A program made the position numbers and the translations under genes. A DNA stretch of 31,322 nucleotides from a virus (lineage: Duplodnaviria; Heunggongvirae; Uroviricota; Caudoviricetes): IMG/VR virus record IMGVR_UViG_647533158_000003; one strand, given 5' to 3'. Under the pieces are notes generated by a model. It did no database searches. It was given only the letters and a program-made list of their open reading frames with translations, and was not told the origin of the DNA. Below are positions 26,108 to 31,322 of the stretch, in pieces; within the stretch, counting starts at the first letter, position 1; every line of letters begins with the position of its first letter.

Positions 26108-27810
26108 TGATGAAACCAGTAAAACGCCTTTACCTTTCAACGGATGAAGTTCACCTAGCCGATGCCAGCCTGGTGCTGGAGCTGAACAGTTGCGGCCGGG
26201 GATTTATCACGGCACAGACAACCACGGATTACACTGGAAAACTGGTGCGGCTGGATGTGGGGTACAGCGATCTGCTTTTGCGCTGGTTTACCGGCTATGT
26301 GGAACGCTCACAACCCGCAGAAAATGGCTTTCAGCGTCTGTTTGTGCGCGAACTGGTCGGCGTATTTGAAAGAATATGGCCATGTTCATTTCAGCACCCT
26401 ACCTTGCGGAAGGTGGCCAGTTGGCTGGAGGAAAACAGCGGGATCACCATCAGCGTACCTGATGCCCCATACAGTGACACGCCGATCCCACATTTCACCC
26501 ATAACGGTACCGGGTACCAGCTGCTGAATAATCTGGGCAGGGCATTCAGTATCCCGGATTACATTTGGTATCAGATGCCGGATGGTTCGCTGTACGCTGG
26601 CGGCGCAGAAAAGGCGCTGTTTGCCGGTCGTCCGGTCGATATTCCGGCAGAGTTCAGCCAGGGTGCTGCTGGCGGTAATTCCATGACATTGCCGGTTATC
26701 CAGAGTTTGCGACCGGGTGCGGAACTGAACGGGGAGCGTGTGACCAAAGTCCATCTGACCAATGACACGATGGCTGTCACATGGACACCCAGGAACCGCG
26801 CCACGGGTAAGCCATTGCAGAAAACACCGGCACAACGCCAGGTTGAAAGTCATTACCCGGAACTGGCCTCCGGGCTTCATTTGCCGAAAATGGCCAGAGT
26901 GGTATCACACAGCGAGGCGGTCACCAGCGGTAATTTTGCCGATCCGTTCCGGCCAAGGTATGCCGTTGACGTGCAGCTGCTTGATGCAGACGGGAACCCG
27001 GACAATCAGACTCCGGTTTATACCGCAGTACCGCTGCCGGTACCGATGGCCGGCCATGACTCCGGTATGTTCCAGTTTCCGCCAGAAGGGACGCTGGTTG
27101 AAGTCGCGTTTACCGCAGGTCGACCGGATAAGCCGTTTATCAGGCAGACGTTGCCGGATGGTACCAGCCTGCCGGATGTTAAACCCGGTGAGCAGCTGCA
27201 ACAGCAGCGGGCTGAAGTGTCGCAGCGAGTTACCCAGGCTGGTGACTGGGTGCGGCAGACCGATCAGACCATCAGTGAAACATCGATGGCGCGGACGGTG
27301 AAAGCAGATACAGAACAGCGCGAGCTAGTCAGCCGTGAAACCACGGTTAAAGCCACGGATAAAACTACTGTGGTGGGTACCGCTACCCTGATGGCCGGAG
27401 CCATTCAGCAGGTCAGTGCCGGGGATTTTAGCCAGGCCGTGAAAGGCAACAGGCTGGCCAGCATTGAAGGGAATGACGAAACCGATATAACCGGGAAACA
27501 GTCCACGAAAGTGGCCGGTGCTGTGACCGTTGACGTGGGGGAAAGCCTGACAGAAAAGATTGCCGCGCTGCGCAAATCCGTGGCCGCTGGCGGTCAGCAG
27601 GTTATGGGGGCAACTGTGCATATTGGCAGTGAGAGTACCAACGCCCTGACCATGATGCTGGACACCATTGATTTGCTGGCAGAACTGGCGCGGCAGTGCG
27701 CGAGCCATTCACACCCCAGTGTCGGTACGCCAACCAATGCCGGAGCGTTCACCCAGACAGCGACAAAGGCCGGACAGACCCGGAGCAAGTACCAGAGCAT
27801 CATTGCCTGA
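26107..27810 (+). CDS. Putative baseplate hub / central spike protein (gpD-like N-terminal region with a gpV/gp5-like OB-fold segment)
   Basis: 567 aa. The segment RYAVDVQLLDADGNPDNQTPVYTAVPLPVPMAGHDSGMFQFPPEGTLVEVAFTAGRPDKPFI resembles the OB-fold signature of gpV/VgrG spike proteins. Last gene before the late terminator. Confidence 0.55.
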   Translation: MMKPVKRLYLSTDEVHLADASLVLELNSCGRGFITAQTTTDYTGKLVRLDVGYSDLLLRWFTGYVERSQPAENGFQRLFVRELVGVFERIWPCSFQHPTLRKVASWLEENSGITISVPDAPYSDTPIPHFTHNGTGYQLLNNLGRAFSIPDYIWYQMPDGSLYAGGAEKALFAGRPVDIPAEFSQGAAGGNSMTLPVIQSLRPGAELNGERVTKVHLTNDTMAVTWTPRNRATGKPLQKTPAQRQVESHYPELASGLHLPKMARVVSHSEAVTSGNFADPFRPRYAVDVQLLDADGNPDNQTPVYTAVPLPVPMAGHDSGMFQFPPEGTLVEVAFTAGRPDKPFIRQTLPDGTSLPDVKPGEQLQQQRAEVSQRVTQAGDWVRQTDQTISETSMARTVKADTEQRELVSRETTVKATDKTTVVGTATLMAGAIQQVSAGDFSQAVKGNRLASIEGNDETDITGKQSTKVAGAVTVDVGESLTEKIAALRKSVAAGGQQVMGATVHIGSESTNALTMMLDTIDLLAELARQCASHSHPSVGTPTNAGAFTQTATKAGQTRSKYQSIIA

Positions 27811-27820
27811 CCATCCCATC

Positions 27821-27847
27821 AGCCCGCATCTAAAGCGGGCTTTTTTG
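27821..27847 (+). terminator. Rho-independent terminator ending the late/tail operon
   Basis: Stem AGCCCGC (27821..27827), loop ATCTAAA, stem GCGGGCT (27835..27841), followed by TTTTT. Lies 11 nt after the hub gene stop. Confidence 0.7.
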
Positions 27848-28399
27848 TACCCCTCGCCTGACGCCCTGCGGCGCAATCTGAGCGCCAAAATCCACACACT
27901 GACACCACGTAACACCTAAAAAGGATCTGTGCCGTCACGTTGCGCTGACGTAGCCACACGCAGACAAAATAAATCTTTCGCAGACAAAAACGGCACTACA
28001 CCGCACCCGCCTGCGGTTTTTGGATCGTGAAAATTTTTCAGTTTTATTTTTCTTCAAACCAGATCTCCAGACCGCACCAGCATTGATGGCTTTGCAGAAA
28101 ACCAAAACTGAAATGATTGAAAATAATTTCACTGTTTTTCAGTAAATAGGATTTATTATTCTATTATATTTTACCGTAACTATCAGATATATAATGATAA
28201 AATTAACTTTGGTTATAATGAAAAGATTGGCAAAAGGGATGTAGTAGTAGACTAAGTTATAGAAATTGTATGATTTTCTTCAAGTTACGATCTGTTGAAA
28301 ACATTATTGGGTTGAAAAAAGTGAAATAGTTATTATGATTTAGTATTCGTGTTTTGATAGTCATTAGATAAGCTTAGAATTGTTATAATATAACATTCA

Positions 28400-28993
28400 A
28401 TGGATAAAATTATGAGCATACTTACTCAATATGGAAAAGAAATTTTTGCTTTTATCGTTCCTGTCTTCACCTTAATTATAAATAAATATTTTAAAAATAG
28501 TGCCAAGATTAGCTACGGGGAATTGCATCAATTTACTTATCTGATTAACCAACCTTTAACGAATCAAGAAGGTGAAGTGGTGAAATCGTCGCAAACCGTA
28601 CATACGCAATCATATGTTTTTAAGAATGAAGGTAGAGAAGCAGCAACGAATATGGAGGTTATTTTTAACTATGCACCGATGTATCTTAATATTTGGCCAT
28701 CGCGCCTCTATACGGTAAAAAATGATTCAGAACAAAGGCATATTATGGTATTTGATTATTTAGCACCGAAAGAGGTTATACGGTGTGAAGTGATAGCTAT
28801 CAATACACAGGTGCCAATGCTTTTATCTGTAAGGTGCAAAGAAGGTCTTGCTCAGAACATAGTGCTATCGCCACAAAAAGTTTTCCATCCTGCTTTTATA
28901 AACTGTGTTCGTTTCTTGATATTCCTGGGGTCGGTAAGTCTGGTATACATTCTTGTAGTTTTACTTCAGTGGTTACTCTTAAAAACAGGTTAG
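28400..28993 (+). CDS. Hypothetical two-TM membrane protein (197 aa), AT-rich cargo gene
   Basis: Predicted TM helices near the N-terminus (IFAFIVPVFTLIINKYF) and C-terminus (FLIFLGSVSLVYILVVLLQWLLL). Composition is strongly AT-rich. An extended -10 element TGTTATAAT lies at 28381..28389. Confidence 0.55.
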   Translation: MDKIMSILTQYGKEIFAFIVPVFTLIINKYFKNSAKISYGELHQFTYLINQPLTNQEGEVVKSSQTVHTQSYVFKNEGREAATNMEVIFNYAPMYLNIWPSRLYTVKNDSEQRHIMVFDYLAPKEVIRCEVIAINTQVPMLLSVRCKEGLAQNIVLSPQKVFHPAFINCVRFLIFLGSVSLVYILVVLLQWLLLKTG

Positions 28994-29070
28994 AAAGTTA
29001 CCTGTGCAAAAACGCTTTTAGCTTGTGTGATGTTATTGTAAATATTTTCGTGAAATTAACCATTTAAAGA

Positions 29071-29092
29071 AAGCCACTATTTTGAGTGGCTT
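29071..29092. terminator. Candidate bidirectional terminator hairpin between convergent cargo genes
   Basis: 8-bp stem AAGCCACT (29071..29078) and AGTGGCTT (29085..29092) with loop ATTTTG. Lies between the 3' ends of 28400..28993 (plus) and 29133..30557 (minus). Confidence 0.35.
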
Positions 29093-29132
29093 CATTAGGT
29101 TTCTTTAATGGTAGAATTGCGAGTAATGTTTA

Positions 29133-30557
29133 TTAACTCACTAAGTTCACATAGCTGATTGCTATACGTAAAAAACTGTCGAGTGTATCGACGCTTTCTT
29201 TTATTTCTTTGTTGACACTAATCAGTTTTTCCAATCGTTCATCACTAAAATGACTTGTTATATGAATTAAATCTTCTAATATCGAGACTAAATCATTAAC
29301 AATACTAAGCTCTTTTGAAATTTCATTTTTAATAAAGTAATATTCTTCATTACCGAGTTTATCAATTAATTTATGCTGTAACTTATCCCACTTATCCAAT
29401 AGTCCATATGTTTCTGATGTTATTTTTTTCGTATTTACCAGAATAGTAGAACCTTCACTCACTTCTTTAGCATAAAGTCTATTGTGCTTTAACCAGCGAA
29501 TATTTTCATTTCTTTGTTTCAAGATGCTTTTATTTATCTTTTCGAGTTCAACATGTTTGTTCCATTTTTTTATAATATCATTTATCTTATTGTCTGTAAT
29601 TTCATACTCATTAAGAACGTTGCTGTTAAATGATAATTCTTCTACTTCTTTTAGGGAAGACTCACTAATTTCAATATCTTTAAGGTGGTTTTTTGCCTCA
29701 TGTAGAAAAGTTAATTGGTTAATTAATTGGAAGTTTTGGATGTTGGCTTCGTTGCATATTTCTGTTTTTAAAGACTCAAGAGCACCGTGTGTTTTTCCAG
29801 CGTGTGCAAACCACCAATCCTCTTTGTTATCATCACAAATAAAAATTACATTTTTTATTTTCTCTGATTTGGCTTTTTCAATGATTTCTCTCCATAAATA
29901 CAAATCACCGAATTTGTCCTGAAATTCAATGTTTGTGAAGAATGATTTACTTTTCTTTGGCGCGTCTTTGAATCCTGGTGGTATCTTATTTTCATATCTT
30001 TTTTCACCAAGTGCATTTATTTTATCTATTTGTTCCTGAGTAGGGACTTCACCAACTCTATTAGAGGTAATTATGTCGATCCTGTCACGAATAATGTCAT
30101 GCTTCGATATTTTCTTTTTGTTTTCAATTCTTGGAGTTATCTTTTTATTAATATACTCCTCAATTGGTTTTTTAATTTTACTTTGCAGATCAGAAAGTTC
30201 TTTGTTTAAAGCGCTATAAAGATGTTTTTTTACACTACCAGAAGATAATATTTCTTTCGTATAAATGCTTTCTAATTCATCTTTAATTTTATCTAGGCTT
30301 TTAATACTATCTTCAATTACAGAACGTCTGTTTCTCTGATATTCAAATCCAACTTGGAATGGTATCCAAGTTCTGGGAGCAATAGCATCCATTACTTTAA
30401 GTATATCTTCGCGGGTATGATCTTCACATCTATATAAGTTAAGAAGGCAATTTGTATCAAAAACAAAAAGAGTGGAATCATCCAACCATATATTTGCTAC
30501 TGATTCAGTAGGAGTACTATAGAAACCTAAAAAGGTTGATTTCAAGGGGACCTCCAA
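29133..30557 (-). CDS. PIN-like domain protein (474 aa), candidate nuclease-type defense or abortive-infection effector; start probably TTG (30555..30557, or 30543..30545 after a GGAGG RBS)
   Basis: N-terminal strand motif LFVFDTNCLLNLY is a typical PIN beta-1 signature with the first catalytic Asp; a later acidic cluster VIFICDDNKEDWW follows. The C-terminal half is long, Lys/Glu-rich and helical. The gene is AT-rich and sits in the cargo island. Confidence 0.7.
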   Translation of the reverse strand: MEVPLKSTFLGFYSTPTESVANIWLDDSTLFVFDTNCLLNLYRCEDHTREDILKVMDAIAPRTWIPFQVGFEYQRNRRSVIEDSIKSLDKIKDELESIYTKEILSSGSVKKHLYSALNKELSDLQSKIKKPIEEYINKKITPRIENKKKISKHDIIRDRIDIITSNRVGEVPTQEQIDKINALGEKRYENKIPPGFKDAPKKSKSFFTNIEFQDKFGDLYLWREIIEKAKSEKIKNVIFICDDNKEDWWFAHAGKTHGALESLKTEICNEANIQNFQLINQLTFLHEAKNHLKDIEISESSLKEVEELSFNSNVLNEYEITDNKINDIIKKWNKHVELEKINKSILKQRNENIRWLKHNRLYAKEVSEGSTILVNTKKITSETYGLLDKWDKLQHKLIDKLGNEEYYFIKNEISKELSIVNDLVSILEDLIHITSHFSDERLEKLISVNKEIKESVDTLDSFLRIAISYVNLVS

Positions 30558-30646
30558 TGTTTTTAACTACTTCATAACTAGCATATTTTATTCAAGTGAT
30601 CCGGTGTTCGCAACTCCTTTGGATAATGGTGTCTAAATATTAATGA

Positions 30647-30661
30647 GACATTTTTGCGACA
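30647..30661. repeat. Putative attR core (GACATTTTTGCGACA)
   Basis: Exact copy of 309..323, lying between the last cargo gene and the mntR upstream region. Confidence 0.4.
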
Positions 30662-30737
30662 CTTTTTTGTTTATTTTTATATTGCACTGTTAATTGCATG
30701 TTTTTTAAGGGATAAATTTTTTAATAATTAAAAACAA

Positions 30738-30754
30738 AGCTATATTATATAGCT
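30738..30754. promoter_or_regulatory. 17-bp perfect palindrome AGCTATAT-T-ATATAGCT upstream of mntR
   Basis: It is its own reverse complement around a central T, about 100 bp upstream of the mntR start. It shares the ATATAGC half-site with the MntR-box-like repeat at 188..205, but in everted orientation. Confidence 0.35.
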
Positions 30755-30854
30755 ATTGCTAAAACGTTAATTTTTTGTACCTTCGCAACTCTGGTTTACA
30801 ATGTGCGCACGAAATGAGAACGCTATGTATGCGTCACCATAATGAGGAAGCACA

Positions 30855-31322
30855 ATGAGTCGTCGCGCAGGTACGCCAACAGCAAAAAAAGTGACGCAGT
30901 TAGTGAACGTGGAAGAGCACGTTGAAGGGTTCCGCCAGGTCAGAGAGGCGCATCGGCGCGAGCTTATTGATGATTACGTTGAGCTGATTTCTGACTTGAT
31001 CAGGGAAGTGGGGGAAGCTCGTCAGGTGGACATGGCTGCTCGTCTGGGAGTTTCGCAACCGACGGTGGCTAAAATGCTTAAGCGGCTGGCAACCATGGGG
31101 CTGATTGAAATGATCCCCTGGCGTGGCGTGTTTTTAACGGCAGAAGGAGAGAAGCTGGCGCAGGAAAGCCGCGAGCGACATCAGATAGTCGAAAATTTCT
31201 TGTTGGTGTTGGGCGTCAGTCCGGAAATCGCCCGTCGCGACGCGGAAGGCATGGAGCACCATGTTAGTGAAGAGACGCTCGACGCTTTTCGTTTGTTTAC
31301 CCAGAAACACGGTGCCAAATGA
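30855..31322 (+). CDS. mntR: Manganese-responsive transcriptional regulator MntR (DtxR family), host gene
   Basis: 155-aa ORF. The sequence [86 protein letters not shown]... matches E. coli MntR as recalled. Has a GAGGAAG RBS and a DtxR-type HTH. Confidence 0.88.

Larger units (their letters stand above)
297..30661. mobile_element. P2/186-like temperate prophage (integrase through cargo island), putatively bounded by a 15-bp direct repeat
   Basis: Contiguous phage gene set in the P2/186 order: int, cI, apl, cII, A, Q, P, O, N, M, L, tail and lysis genes. It lies between host mntS and mntR. A 15-bp direct repeat GACATTTTTGCGACA occurs at 309..323 and 30647..30661. Exact junctions are uncertain. 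Confidence 0.85.

Noticed and set aside
27935-28132. 65-aa minus-strand ORF with a hydrophobic N-terminus in the non-coding region after the late terminator
   Set aside because: It starts at GTG with no Shine-Dalgarno and lies in a region with several repeats. It could be a small membrane peptide, but the evidence is too weak to call a gene.
30662-30711. Alternative or extended att core using the TTTTAAGGG match (324..332 versus 30703..30711)
   Set aside because: This match is only 9 bp and sits at a different offset from the 15-mer in the two copies. It could reflect an indel in a longer ancestral core but cannot be resolved without the empty site.
30814-30858. 14-codon upstream ORF whose stop overlaps the mntR start codon (ATGA)
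   Set aside because: It has no RBS, and mntR has its own strong Shine-Dalgarno (GAGGAAG). The overlap is probably coincidental.
1-31322. CRISPR arrays, tRNA or rRNA genes, insertion sequences
   Set aside because: I saw no regularly spaced direct repeats, no cloverleaf-like tRNA sequence at the prophage ends, and no transposase-like ORF or terminal inverted repeats.

Overview
This window is an almost complete P2/186-like temperate myovirus prophage (about 297..30661) inserted between the host manganese genes mntS (1..129, minus) and mntR (30855..31322, plus), so the host looks like Escherichia coli or a close relative. All calls rest on reading the six-frame translations and the DNA by eye; no searches or computations were run. 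Left to right: a lysogeny module (tyrosine integrase, 186-type CI repressor, Apl/Cox-like protein, CII-like protein, small early ORFs, rolling-circle replication protein A); an AT-rich orphan gene (6657..7694) in the classical P2 accessory slot between gene A and the portal gene; an Ogr/Delta-like zinc-finger late activator; P2-type packaging and head genes (portal Q, terminase P, scaffold O, capsid N, small terminase M, head completion L); a rearranged contractile-tail module carrying an embedded lysis cassette (holin, M15 endolysin, overlapped spanins) and a tail chaperone with a -1 frameshift extension; a strong terminator; and a second AT-rich cargo island (28400..30557) with a two-TM membrane protein convergent on a 474-aa PIN-like protein, just inside the putative attR. 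The two AT-rich loci are the best candidates for undescribed anti-phage defense or abortive-infection functions; neither could be assigned to a known family from sequence alone. No rRNA, tRNA, CRISPR array or IS element was seen.
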